Shown here piece after piece: positions 1 to 12,075 of a stretch of 64,000 bases of DNA. The stretch spans positions 186,001-250,000 of the forward strand of contig ML978143.1 in the NCBI GenBank assembly GCA_010015805.1, in the 5' to 3' direction. A program made the position numbers and the translations under genes. The notes below the pieces were generated by a model, which was not told where the DNA came from, made no database searches, and saw nothing but the letters and a program-made list of their open reading frames with translations. Position 1 is the first letter of the stretch. Every line of letters starts with the position of its first letter. This DNA is from Rhizodiscina lignyota (taxonomy: Eukaryota).

Positions 1-930
1 AACAGTTCCAGGATCAGATCAGCGAGGCAACGAGGAGAATATTGCAAGGGGACCGCGGTTATCGAAACACCATGCACCGACCGATTCGGCTGAATTTAGA
101 GCGGATGCAAATAGAGACGGAAGAGGAACCGGCACTGCACGCAAATCGAAACGTATTCGAGACGCTGAAGAAGCACGCCAGGCAGAGGAGCGACTAGAGC
201 CTCTTGAGCGTAGCCCTGAGTTAGGGACTACACCAGTTCCTCCAACTCCGGATACAACGCAAGCTAATAGTCTCCAAGAAACCTTTCACCGACCAAAAGA
301 ACTTTTAAGCGAGAAAGAAGGAGGCCCTCCGCTAGCTGAATCGCCACACCACACTGAATTCCCGGCACCTGCGGCGAACCTATCTGTGCGAAAAAGTCGG
401 AAGAATGGGAAACGCTTAAAAAAGAAGCGCCGAGCTACTCAGTCAACTCCCGATTGCAAGCCCACCCCTGGTAGACGCAATTGCCAGCATGAACTGCCCC
501 TTACCAACGTCGCCGAGGACGAACAACCTCCATTGAAACGCAGAAAGCTTCCAGCATCGCGGGAGTACAAGTGTCCAACTTGCGACCTACGACTTCATGT
601 GTACGTCGGCCAGCAAACTTTCCGAGGAGGCTTATATCATCCCGGTGCGTTCGCGCGTATGGATAGAGAATGACACATTTAGAAGTTGAATGCTAATACC
701 TGATAGGGCATCTTGAAAGAGACCTGGATCACTCGTGGTGGACTGGAGATGGCGTTGATACGTACAATGTGGGCAAGCGACCACCCGAAGAAGCGTACAA
801 ATGGACTTGTTGCGGGGAGGTAGAAAACTGGCCCGCATGCAAACTACATGTGCACGAGTCGGAGATGTTTGATAGATCTGTCTTACCAGATAATTTTGAG
901 GACTCTGACGTCGATGAAAATAGACCTTGA
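1..930 (+). CDS. Zn-finger cluster paralog A (5'-truncated by window edge); exons <1..644, 707..930
   Basis: Frame 2 is open from base 2. KCPTC...LYHPG, then phase-1 intron 645..706 (GTGCGT..GCTAAT..TAG), then GHLERDLDHSWW..AYKWTCCGEVENWPACKLHVH; stop at 928-930. Confidence 0.75.
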
Positions 931-1323
931 AGTCCTGCCAAGCCGCCACGCAGAATGCTCGGTTCCGTTCGAGGAATCGAGCAAGGCTCATGCGCCTTTG
1001 TGTACTATGGGAACGACTCCCACACCTCCATGTAAAATGTTTGGCCTAAACACAAAAAGCATATTATTCTCACTCGATATCCAAGTCCGGAAATATTCGT
1101 GCGATCCTTGGTAAAGTTCACTGTGGCACTCGCTCGTCTCAAAAGCCCCCGTACTATATATCGGAATGGACGGTAAATTCTATTTAAAGATACATACTGT
1201 ACAGAACCTAGCCCTTGTCCATGGCAAGATATCTTAACTTCGGCACACCCCAAGAGCACGGTCTCGTTTCCCGCGCCAGCTCTCCTGAAAATCATATTTC
1301 ACGGCGGGACGTGGCGCGGGTCA

Positions 1324-1340
1324 ACGCGTCACGCGTCGCG
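1324..1340. promoter_or_regulatory. Tandem ACGCGT (MCB-type) boxes about 150 nt upstream of paralog B
   Basis: ACGCGTcACGCGTCGCG at 1324-1340; ACGCGT is the MBF (Mbp1/Res) binding core in ascomycetes. Confidence 0.5.
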
Positions 1341-1484
1341 ATGAATGAATTCCGTCCAAGCACCACTATATGTATCTTCCCCTCTGTAAACTTGATTTTA
1401 CGTTATGAGATCTAGCCCTTCAAATCCATGATTTAAGATATACTCGTCTCTAGTCACGCCCAGCAATCAAAGGGAAAATCCACA

Positions 1485-2503
1485 ATGCCACGAACATGGA
1501 GGGCTTGGTGCCCAAGACTTCAGCACAAGATTGATAACGCAAAACCTCGAAAAAGACGCAGAGCGCTGCGAAAACTACTGCGTCAAATGCCCCATCTTTC
1601 AGAGATCCTTTCTGAACTCTTGAAGCAGAAGGTGCCATTTGTGCAGAGCCTGAGAGTGGGGTATTCATTGCAACTTTTCCAAATACCTTACAGTCTACTC
1701 ACTAACAACAATACCCAGAGATAATATCTATTCGGCAGAGAACCGTAACCTAGCTGGATCAGGCGTTGGACATACTGCAGAAGAGGAGGACGAAGAGCCT
1801 GTAACATCTCCTTTCTCAGATCGCACGCCGAATTCAGGTCAAGCCGCCAGTGGAGTGTCAGAGAATGAAAGTCTCCTCGCGCAAGATGAAAGCGACCTCA
1901 CGTTCATGGATACTCAATCTGGGCCTGCTTCAAACCACACCCAGAGCCATAATAATACCCGTGCTTCTACATCTAAGCGCAATCACTATCCTTTTATTGG
2001 TACGCCATCCAATCGCTCAACAGTGCCAGGACTAAATACGCCGAGATCAAGCACAAAGAAGATTCGGTGGAAGGCCGTAAATGTCAGAACTCCAAAATCC
2101 GGTCATTCGGAGAGGACAGGCAACACCGGGCAAGTCACAGCAGTTGTCATTGTTCCTCCGAAAGATGCATCCGCACCAAGTTCCACAGCCGCAGGGGAGC
2201 CAGAAATTCGAAGATGCAGGTATTGTTGGAATTATATGCCCGACCACCTTTTCGACGGCGCAGAGGAGTGTCACTATCATGAAGGCACAACTTTCTCGCA
2301 TGTTTTGCTACATCCAGATCGCTGACTTATTCCCAGGTAAAAAAGTCAAGGCAGAAACAGGGAGGATATGGAATTGCTGCAGTGTCAAAGCAGGTCGTAA
2401 AATCAAAGGATGCAAGACAAGATGGGCTCATGAGAGGTGTAAACCTAAGAAGGGAAAGCGTAAGTTGACGAATACAGATACAACTGGGGAGGGCGCTGCG
2501 TAA
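1485..2503 (+). CDS. Zn-finger cluster paralog B; exons 1485..1660, 1719..2284, 2337..2503
   Basis: Intron 1661..1718 (GTATTC..ACTAAC..CAG) joins two ORFs in frame. CRYC..ECHYHE, then probable GC-AG intron 2285..2336, then GKKVKAETGRIWNCC..KGCKTRWAH. Confidence 0.7.
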
Positions 2504-2946
2504 CAACAACGAATCTGAGAATGCAAGATCTTCCGGAGCAGGGGGGTAACTAGCAATATGTTTGACAATGTCACAATGTTCAGCAAAACAAGTTGTTGTA
2601 CAAAATTATTATTCTGAACAGTTATCGCACCCCTGCTGATCCCAGGTCAAAGATCGATGTGCGCGGTCAGGGGTAGCTCTGTAAATCTCCGATAGAGTAT
2701 GAGCGTCCGAGCGGTCGGGAGGTGGCTGGGCTTTTGCTGCTCGAGCCATCAAATGTGACAGAGCACATACCAAATTGTGATTCACCCCAGCACCTGAGAC
2801 ATCCATTAACGCGCAACAAACGCGTCGCGGGTAGCATGATGGCGTCGTGGCCGGAGCCTCAAGACATCATCTTGCTAGGCACCGGATTCCCCTGATATAC
2901 CCCTGGCTCGAGTTCTCGCCGTTTCGTGCACCTTCCTCTCGGCTCT

Positions 2947-3593
2947 ATGTCAAACCAAATGGGGAGACGCACTACATATATTATCTAATTAATAATTTTA
3001 GTTTCAATCTCACTATGCGGTGTGGCGCGTTGCCGTTGATGATTTACGGAATCTTTCGGGCATCGTCGATTACACATCTCGCGCAGAAGCAAAATGTTCA
3101 ATGCTCGAATCCAAAAAGGGTAATATTTGGCCATTTGCGGGAGACAAGTACCTTTCAGGAACGTATTTGAATTTTTAATTCTGACTGGTTCCTACAGTTA
3201 CGATGCACCTATTGCGAGGAGTACAAATAGCAGCATACGGAGCAGTCATCTCCAAACTCCATCCATCCCAATTCTAAGAAGCGGATACCGTAGAATTTAT
3301 TGTACAACCCTAATCACTCCGATATTCTCTTTCGCGATGCCAAAATGCAATCTAGAATTAGATACCGGATACACCAAAGGAGATGCTTCCTAGGATCTCG
3401 AGCTCGAGCTCTGATTGGAGGGAGTCATGTGATTCTTTCCCAAACTGGGCTTTATTTGAATGATTGTCCGCGTTGGCAAACAGGAGTGCTCCGAGACATG
3501 CTTTGCTGTACTCGTTGCGAACCGGAGTTTACTACTCAGGAACGTCCTGCGCCGTCTCTCCAGCCGCTCCTTTGTGGATGCAGTAACTTGTAA
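2947..3593 (+). pseudogene. Probable degenerate sixth copy of the Zn-finger family
   Basis: Fragments in shifting frames, in family order: AVWRVAVDDLRNL (~3017), C-x-KCNLELDTGYTKG (3338-3381), LEL-DWRES (~3403), SAPRHALLYS-C (~3485-3518), GCSNL (3576). An ACGCGT cluster sits at 2809-2830. Confidence 0.35.
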
Positions 3594-4657
3594 TGTGTCG
3601 TCTCCCTGCAGAATCCCAGGGCAATCCTGCCTTGACAAGTGCCTGCCCAATCTGCATCCAGCGTTGAGACCCGTGCGAAAGCAGCATGGATATTGGTATG
3701 TGTTCAACGGGCCGTAGCGATCTGATGCATAATATTTGCCACAAGCATCTGACTCAAGTTGCGCTTCGCCTGCGATTACTGGTCAGCACCGAGGCATAAA
3801 AAAAGACGAAATGCACCAGTCTTACGCGGATGGAACAAACAGCACTTGCTCTCTTGAGGCTGATTGGGAAAGAACATGTGAAAGCAACGGACACATTCAA
3901 CACGTCTCTCTGTGTTCTCGTCGGCAGACTCCTCAGCCCCGTCTTCTTCGATCTCGATCACAGGATTAACAGCAGCTTCAGGGCGTCGCTCAACGCTGAA
4001 TCTGGGCAGAAGTTCAGAGGTGGTTTCGTCTGTTCGCTTTTGCTCGAGCTGCAGTTTTAATTTTCGTCGCTTTTCTTTTCTCTTCTCCTTCTCCTTCGCA
4101 GGACGAGAGGAATTCTTTGTGGAGTTCTCTCCTAACTGAGTAGAACTTCCCTGAGTAGTACCGCTTTCTCGAGTTGAGATTGTTTCCTCCATCAAGATTG
4201 GCGCAAACCGAACAGATTTTGGAGCTCGGGGCCAGATATGCCTGGGGCCATTCACAGCGCGGGGAGGAGATGCCAATGTATTGAGCGCATCGTCGATTTT
4301 TGCAGGGGATCCGGAGGAGGCTAATATGTTGAGCGCTTCATTTATCTCCGCATTTTCTTCTACTTCCCATTGCGCTTTTCTTACATGCCTTAAACTGTGA
4401 TCTTTATCAGCTACACACGGCTTGATCTCTGTAGAAATGTCTTACCGGAAGTCTCGCCAGTCACAAGAAGGCAGCTCTTCTAAACCGAGAGGCAGACTTT
4501 TTGTGACATACCGGCGAATGTCAGCTCGCGGAGTTGATTCAAACCAGTTGATCATGCTCAGTGCATAACGCAACTGAGAATTGGTCGCCCGTTCGATCTC
4601 TTCTTGAACAGCTTCGCGCTCAGCAATATCGTCAATATCCGCGTTTGTGGTGTCCAT
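3390..4657 (-). CDS. Zn-finger cluster paralog C; exons 4657..4446, 4394..3826, 3769..3390
   Basis: Introns 4445..4395 and 3825..3770 (GTAAGA donors, GCTGAY branch, CAG) restore one frame: ECVRC..KCCLFHP|REAQLE..YQYPCCFRTGLNAGCRLGRH. Confidence 0.75.
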
Positions 4658-4764
4658 GTCAGAGCCCAGTTCAGAGTCCCTTGCGTCAATTGATTAAACG
4701 TCTACAGAGTACAAAAAAATAAGGCTTGTCTTTGCAGCGGGAGTTGGACGTTGAAATGGAAGAG

Positions 4765-5052
4765 ACGCGTATGACCCGCGTCTATCATTATCGCGTGGCT
4801 TACTCGCACGGTCGTATGGAAATAGGGGGATTCCGCCACCTCCACACCCTGGTTCATGAACAAGTCAGCCCATCACTGTGGAACCTGCAGCCCGGTAGAC
4901 GCGGTTGATCGATTCTTGATCGGGTCACATTATTGGAGGCGCGTGCTTAGAGTTGTTTCATAAGCTTGACATCAAGAGCGCCAGGCTGTGTCCGCAGCAA
5001 GAAAAGGTAACAAACGCATCGGGAGCACTCCGTACGAAGTAATGTGCCGCGT
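4765..5052. promoter_or_regulatory. CGCG/ACGCGT (MCB-type) cluster in the divergent promoter of paralogs C and D
   Basis: ACGCGT 4765, CCGCGT 4776, TCGCGT 4791, ACGCGG 4899, GCGCGT 4939, CCGCGT 5047. Confidence 0.45.
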
Positions 5053-5312
5053 GCATTTCTTGTGAGAACGCCTATCAAGAGCAAAAGCAAATCCCTCATC
5101 TCGGCCGTGTCTCTGCTCCAAACTTTCTCTCCAAATTGCATCACCTCAACTTGAAACCCTTCGCATCTGACATTATCAGCAGCAGGCCCAATTTTCTTTG
5201 ATCGGGTGCGCTTCCATTGCAGGTCTATCAGCTCTGCCTCAATTTTTCGACTCCACAGAGCAGGGCCTCTGTAGTATTGTTACATTGTCTTCCGCAGCAT
5301 TGAATTAACAAG

Positions 5313-6071
5313 ATGTCACGGAGTCAAACAGAGAAGTGCTTACCAGACGACTTGCATCACAAAAAGACAATCGAATTATTCAAAGCTATCAATAGTGCGT
5401 CTCTCGACGACCTCAGACTTGCGCTTTTCAATTCGAGAAGCCAGTGTCTCAATCACGAGCCCATCGAATTCATCCAGGATGTTCAGGGTCGTGACAAAGA
5501 GGTGGACAACTGGGCCGTGATTCAGCACGCGTTCGAGAATTTGGACCTGTCTGGATCGTTGAGAGAGCAAAGAAGCCCGGGGAAGAGGTAAGCTGGGGGA
5601 ATTTCGCTTTTTGCATCAGTTGAGTTATTGAACTGATCAGTGGCTTAGACAAAGCAAAAGAAGCGCAAATTTGCGCACACATATATCTGTTCGAAGTGCG
5701 ACAAAGAGTTCGATCTTATGCATGCTGAAGAAGGGGAGTGCAAGAGGCATTCCGGTATATACGAACACATCTCCCGCTAATCCAGATTGTAGCACTAATT
5801 GTGGATCGTAGGTCAACTCGAAATTGACTGGGAGTATGAATACTGGTATAACATAGAGCCAGAAAGCATAGAGGATGAGTCTCCAGAAGGCACTGGTGCT
5901 CCCATAGAAGCCTACATCTGGTCGTGTTGTATGACAGATGGTACCAACGAAGGTTGCATAGCATCAATACATGAAGCAAAGGGCTACGCTTGGAAGAAAT
6001 CAAAAAACGAAAGCGCACTGCCTATTGAAACTGCCACAGACTTGTACATACTTATTTTCCTTCTGGGTTGA
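5313..6071 (+). pseudogene. Zn-finger cluster paralog D, apparently frameshifted near intron 1; exons 5313..5587, ~5649..5754, 5812..6071
   Basis: ICSKCDKEFD..ECKRHS, phase-1 intron 5755..5811, then GQLEIDWEYEYW..AYIWSCC..EGCIASIH. The GTAAGC donor at 5588 is phase 2 and no nearby AG joins it to the finger frame. Confidence 0.6.
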
Positions 6072-6335
6072 GTGCAGCGTGCCATCCTCGCAATCCTTGA
6101 GAACTTCGAAAAGAAAGTGCGCATCAATCACCTTAGAGTAACAATTTTTCCTCTCTGATAGAGATGTATTACAGTTTATATTATATCAATCCATTCACGA
6201 TTCTGAAGAATATTGCTCTCACGTGGATGGCGGGGTGGTCTTGTCCAGTGTTTTGGATGCACCTCGCGATCTCACTCTTTCGGCTCATTTCCTCAAATCA
6301 CTGGTCACAACTCTTTTTAACAACGAATACAAGAA

Positions 6336-8342
6336 ATGGAAGGATTTGCAGATCCTGAGGAGATTCAGAGGTCCCTAGACAGCCAGTTAGGAATCGAGCG
6401 TCCACTACACTGGGGAAGGGACGCGTTCGAGCTGGTGTTGCGGCACGAAGAAGTACTCCAGACGTATATTGACCCGACGAATATCATTCAGCTGAAATAT
6501 GCGATCTTAAAGACAATTGATCGGAGCAAGAAATCATACAACGCGTTCATAAAGGCCGTGACCGAAGATGTACCACTCGATCTCCGAAAACGTTGGAAAG
6601 ACGCGTCGCAACGCGTCGAATCTGAGCGCGTCAAGGTTATTTCGACCGCCTCACAGGACAGCTACGGACCAGACGATGACAAACTGTTCGATGATTTTAT
6701 AGGCTTCGATGAAGCTTTTCCAGAACCGTTCCAAAGTACGAACGACAAAGATTCTGAATATGACTCCAACTATGGCAGCTCTATCTCATCAACAGCAGCC
6801 GAGGACAAGGATTCCTCATCGTCTGTCTCCTCAACAGAGTCACGAAATTCGCCAACCAAGCGGAAAAGGTCCTCTAAAGAGCAAACAATTTCGAGAGGTC
6901 GTGATCCGTCACCACAGACAGTCACTATCGATCTATCAAATGTCACGGCTCTTGGCGAAAACAGCAAGTACATTCAGCTTGCGTACTGCACAAACTGCGG
7001 AAAGCACTTTGACCCGGATAAGCCCGTTCTAGATGAATGCAGATACCATCCATGTGAGTGTCACGGCGTCAACTGAGGCAGTTCGTTAGCTAACTATCCC
7101 ACTCCAGATAAAGCAGAGCTTGATAAGCGGACTGCGTATATGAAAGAATACAACACGGGAATGCACGATGACTATGTCAAGAAGCATGGAATGCCGCCAT
7201 ATGCCCATCATCACCCTTGCTGCGAGAAGCCAATGGGTGGGAGAGGCTGTGTGGCGGGATATCATGTCCCCAGGCTATGGATGAAAATCTACATCGGCGG
7301 TGACTGCGATGAAAAGCAGACATCGTTCTGTAAGTCTTGCGTCTCCTTGGGACCTGAGAACCTGAACATCCCTGAACTGAAGGTTCTGAAGCGTCTGGAG
7401 AGACGCATGACTCCATTTGAGAAACTCCCGGACAAGACGCAAGATCAGCGGGTTACCTCCGAATTGATTCGTACGCCCCACAACAAAGTTGACAAGACCA
7501 TATCAGCTGCTGTACGGCTGGGAGATAGGCCAAGAGCGAACCCGGACCGTGCAATACATACCTCGAATAACAAGATTCCCACTCCTCCGGCATCCTCTCC
7601 CCCGAAACGTTCGGGAGGCAAGCGAAAATGGGCGGACTCGAATCGCGCGACAGATCAGAACACTCCCTCCAGCTCTGGTTCTACTGCAAAATCAGTCGAC
7701 AAGGATATGAGAGCAGGTTCGATTTATTCAATACGCCCTGAGCAGCACAAGGTCCTTTCCACTCCTGCTCCAGCTAAACAATCTGGCGAGAAACGAAGAA
7801 GAACAGATTCGGAGCAATCGATACATGCTGAAGAGAAGAGAGCACCTGCCAAACGTCTCATCGACAATCTGAAGTCAGTGAACTCGGAAACTTCGAAACG
7901 GAGAGAGACCACGGGCGTTACATCTAGCTCACGTCCAACCGGAGGTTCAGCACGAGAATTCAAAACACCTCAAGCACAGCACAGTCTTCCTTTGGTATCA
8001 TCCGGTGGCCGATCGATCGTCTCAACGATTGAAGCAGGACCATCGTCGAATCGTTCGGTGGGGACGTCAGTGAAGCAAACGACAACGCCTTCGGCTGCGT
8101 ATCCAGTTGGAAATACGGCGCGAGTCTTCAAAACACCTCAAGTACAGCGCACCCTTTCTTTGACATCCTCCAGTGACCGGTCGAACACATCAACAGCCGT
8201 AGCCGGACCATCCTCGAATCATTCAAAAGGTCCCTCGGCAGGGCAAGTCCGGCAGCAGACGCTACCGTTTACAACGGTCAGACAGTCGTCAAACGTGGCC
8301 ACACCATATCAGGGCAAAGGAAAACGGAAAGCGGGATTTTGA
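6336..8342 (+). CDS. Zn-finger cluster paralog E with long S/T/K-rich C-terminus; exons 6336..7053, 7108..8342
   Basis: YCTNCGKHFD..ECRYHP, phase-1 intron 7054..7107 (GTGAGT..GCTAAC..CAG), then YKAELD..HPCCEKPMGGRGCVAGYH. Basic NLS-like stretches (KRKR, GKRK). Confidence 0.8.
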
Positions 8343-8830
8343 TTCCAGAAGAGGCCCAGTGGCTGCGGGTTGGCGGTTTTAAGGTAGTGGTAATTGGCGT
8401 TCGGCATCATAAGGGAAGTGTACGCGTTGCATTGTTAGTTAGTAGTTGATATCCTGTATCATAATTCATTACTCTTGAGTTTTAGGGTCTTCAAATGTTT
8501 TGACGCGAGCGGCTCAGGATGTCGAATATACGTATGCGATGGGTTCGTTGTATCGTACAGTTGTATTAATTCTCTGTTGATGAAGTGGCAGCGAAAACGG
8601 GATCGCTCCGGTTGGCCGATTGAGGCTGCTCGGCAATCTCCGCTGACGCATCGTCGTTAAATTTTGAAGAGTAATCTGATTTAAAGCACCCTCAACCCCC
8701 CACCTTTTCAATATCTTTGTTCCCTTGAGCCACCATATATTGGACACGGGTTTGGAGAGTTGGCGCCTTTGCGCCGGCGCAACAATCATTGACATTCGCG
8801 GCATCTCGTCGATTTACCGCCCTTGCAAAA

Positions 8831-10602
8831 ATGACATCCATCGAGGCGACAGCGACCGGCAGTCCAAGTCCAAAACGTACTCTGACGGACGAAGTGAGTG
8901 AGCGAAATGGAAAGCGGCGTAAACTTCATGGCCGGGCATTCTATGAGAGCTTGGGAAGCCCAAAGATTATCCTTGCACCAATGGTCGACCAGTCAGAATT
9001 TGTATGAGCCTGTATTCATTCTTTTATCAGCACGTAGAGACTGACATCTTATAGGCATGGCGCATGCTTACTCGCTCATTCCTCCCTCCCGAGTCCTCCA
9101 AAAGCCTCCTTGCCTATTCGCCCATGTTCCATTCGCGCCTCTTCAACGAAGACCGAAAGTACCGCGACCAACACTTCCAGCCAGTACGCGGCCCCTTACC
9201 TTCTCCGCCAGACTCCTATCACCAGGACGAGTTCAATGAAGGCAATTGTTACCTTGATGGCAACCCCACAATAGACCGGCCACTCTTCGTACAGTTCTGT
9301 ACGAATTCACCAAACGATTTCTACGAGGCCGCGCGATACGTGCAGGGTTGGTGCGATGCAGTGGACTTGAATCTGGGTTGTCCGCAAGGAATCGCAAAGA
9401 AAGGACACTATGGAGCATTCCTGCAGGAGGACCAAGATCTCATATGCAGACTGATCAGGAAGCTGCACGATGAGCTAGATGTTCCAGTGACGGCGAAGAT
9501 GCGGATACTTGATACGAAGGAGAGGAGTCTAGCATATGCTAAGAGGATTCTAGATGCTGGCGCAAGCATAATTACAGTGCATGGGCGACAGCGAGACCAG
9601 AAAGGCCACAACACTGGGCTGGCGGACTGGTCTGCGATCCGATATCTGAGGAACAATCTTCCACCTGAGACTGTCATCTTCGCGAATGGGAATATTCTGC
9701 AGCATGGAGACATAGAACGCTGTTTGGAAGAGACTGGTGTTGACGGAGTGATGAGCGCGGAAGGGAATCTTCATGATCCATCCATCTTTGCGGAGCCGCC
9801 ACCTGTCGGCCAGGAAGGTCGTGAATATTGGCGTGGCGGAGATGGGAAAGGTGGTTATCGGGTTGATGCGGTCATGAGACGGTATATGGACATCATCTAC
9901 AAATACGTACTGGAACGGCCGCCGCCGCCTCGTGGACCTCTTTTCATACCTAGCGACGAACAACCGACAGATGATGCGCAAAAGACCAATGGAGAAAAGC
10001 GCTCAGCTGAGGCGAATGGTGAATGTGAAGATAACACGCCGCTGCGCAAAAAGAGGAAGAAGGATAAAAACAATGGAAAGCAACAACAGCGGGAGACGAA
10101 CCCAAATTTGTGCGCAATGCAGCCGCACCTGTTTTCATTGCTACGACACTTCATCTCAGTGCGTCACGAGGTTCGCGACGCACTAGCTCACAGTCGTGCT
10201 GGGGACATTGAAGGATTTGAAAACGTTCTGCGGTTGGTCGAGATTGCTGTGAAAGAAGGAATCCTCGAGTACGAGCGATCTGCCAAAGCTGAATCAGCTA
10301 CCACGAACGGAGAGCAGGAGACGGCGAAAGACGCGCACAAACCCGAGAGCGAGTCTTCGGAGGCTGCAATTGCGCGATGCCAGAGACCGTTTTGGATTTG
10401 CCAGCCATACGTCAGACCACTGCCAAAGGAAGCCTTCGAGAAAGGCAGTATGCAGCTATCCAAGAAAGACAAGGCGAGGCTGGCGAAGGAAGCGGAACTT
10501 GCAAAGAGCACTGGATTGAATCCCGAGGGCAGGGTAGAGGTCAAAGACATTGGGCGTGATACCCAGGTTGAGATACCGAAGGAAGGAGTTGTTTGTGGAT
10601 AG
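8831..10602 (+). CDS. DUS1: tRNA-dihydrouridine(16/17) synthase; exons 8831..9001, 9055..10602
   Basis: LAPMVDQSEF|AWRML, DRPLFVQF, DLNLGCPQGIAKKGHYGAFL, ITVHGR, ANGNI, GVMSAEG. Confidence 0.93.
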
Positions 10603-12075
10603 CTTGACAACAGACGAATCTAAATTATCACTTTTCCACGTTCTCGACATGATATGCTCTGGTGCCTCTCTAAAGTGAGGCGGTTCTTCCATCGAGCCTG
10701 CCTAGGTGCTGTTGCATAACTACAATCGGAGACAATTGTTCTTCAACATCTTAGCACCAATCGCACCACGACCACTTTGGTTCCTGGCAGTACTTACTCT
10801 GTCGCTTAGACGCAGCCACTCCAGCGTTGCTTGGATTGCAGATGACCATTCTTGCCTCCAGCGCACACTTCGTATCTAGTATCGCTCTAGCCATGTAGGA
10901 AATCTCTTTACACATAATATGAGTGTTGATACGGGTTCTATTAAAATCACTGTCTGCCTATCGTACCTGATCGAGCATTTAAGACCCCATGTAGTTCCTG
11001 TTTCCTCAGGGATTTATATATATAACTGCTACAACTGGGGAGATGCCTTCAAACAATTTCCAGATGTGGCCCAGACCAAGATGTCTAAGTAATGATGCAG
11101 CACGTCTCCTTTTCCCGCGGTATCCGGTCTGAGCAAAATGTTCATCAACTTTTTGGCACTTTTCGATTATCAACCCTCACCCAAAACGTCTTCGCAACAT
11201 TCGCTGCTGCTAACGGTGCATGTGATGGCAGGTAGCACTAGGTGATACTAGCTAAGTATAAGTTTTAGTTCTTATAGCTTGTTCGAATTCAATCTTAGTT
11301 CATGTGGCATCGTTCAGCTACTTTAGATTATTCATTATATATTTCTATACGTACGGTTGATATAATATCCCCTTATAACCGATATGGATATTCCGGTAAC
11401 ATCATTTGGTAGCTTTAATGGCCGTGTCGCTCCATCGTGTCGAAAAACCAAGGTGGCCGGCTAAGCATAGTCTCTATAGAGTTTTTGGATGCTCATCTGT
11501 GTGAACTGGGAGCATGCATAGACAGGCGAAAACCATTTCGCATAGACAAGCATATTTCCGGCGATATTATTGTATCAATAAGATATGTACACGAACGCTT
11601 TCCTGGCGATCTTCTAGGCGAGAAGTTAGAACGAACGGAAGGGAACGCTAATTCGGTGGTACAGAATTGTCCAGAACAGAAAGTAGAAGCAGAAGGATAG
11701 GAATTGAAGTGCTCCGCTTTAACCGTATAAATTATATCGAAGTGATGCTCCCCCAGATAACTAAACAACTGAAATCCCAGAGTGGTTCAGGTTTAGGTGC
11801 GCCCCTCGATTCAAATATGACCTAGCCGACTCATAATTCGAGAAGACACCGGTTATGCTGAACACTTTTTGTTGATGATGATGCACTTCAAATGCCAAAA
11901 GACAAGCTACAGTACTTGGCCGCAGAGAGTAGAGCCATCATTCCCTGCAAAACTCACCCGGTATGGAGTAGTTCCCATCCGGACATGTGTTTACATAGAT
12001 CACCAGAGGACTCCGGAGCACATGATAGACCCATCAGTTTGCTCAGACGCACAAGTTCAACACAATCATTCACAT

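Noticed and set aside
6601..6618. Two ACGCGT boxes inside paralog E coding sequence
   Set aside because: They lie in coding sequence (KDASQRV) and are explicable by codons; not counted as promoter elements.
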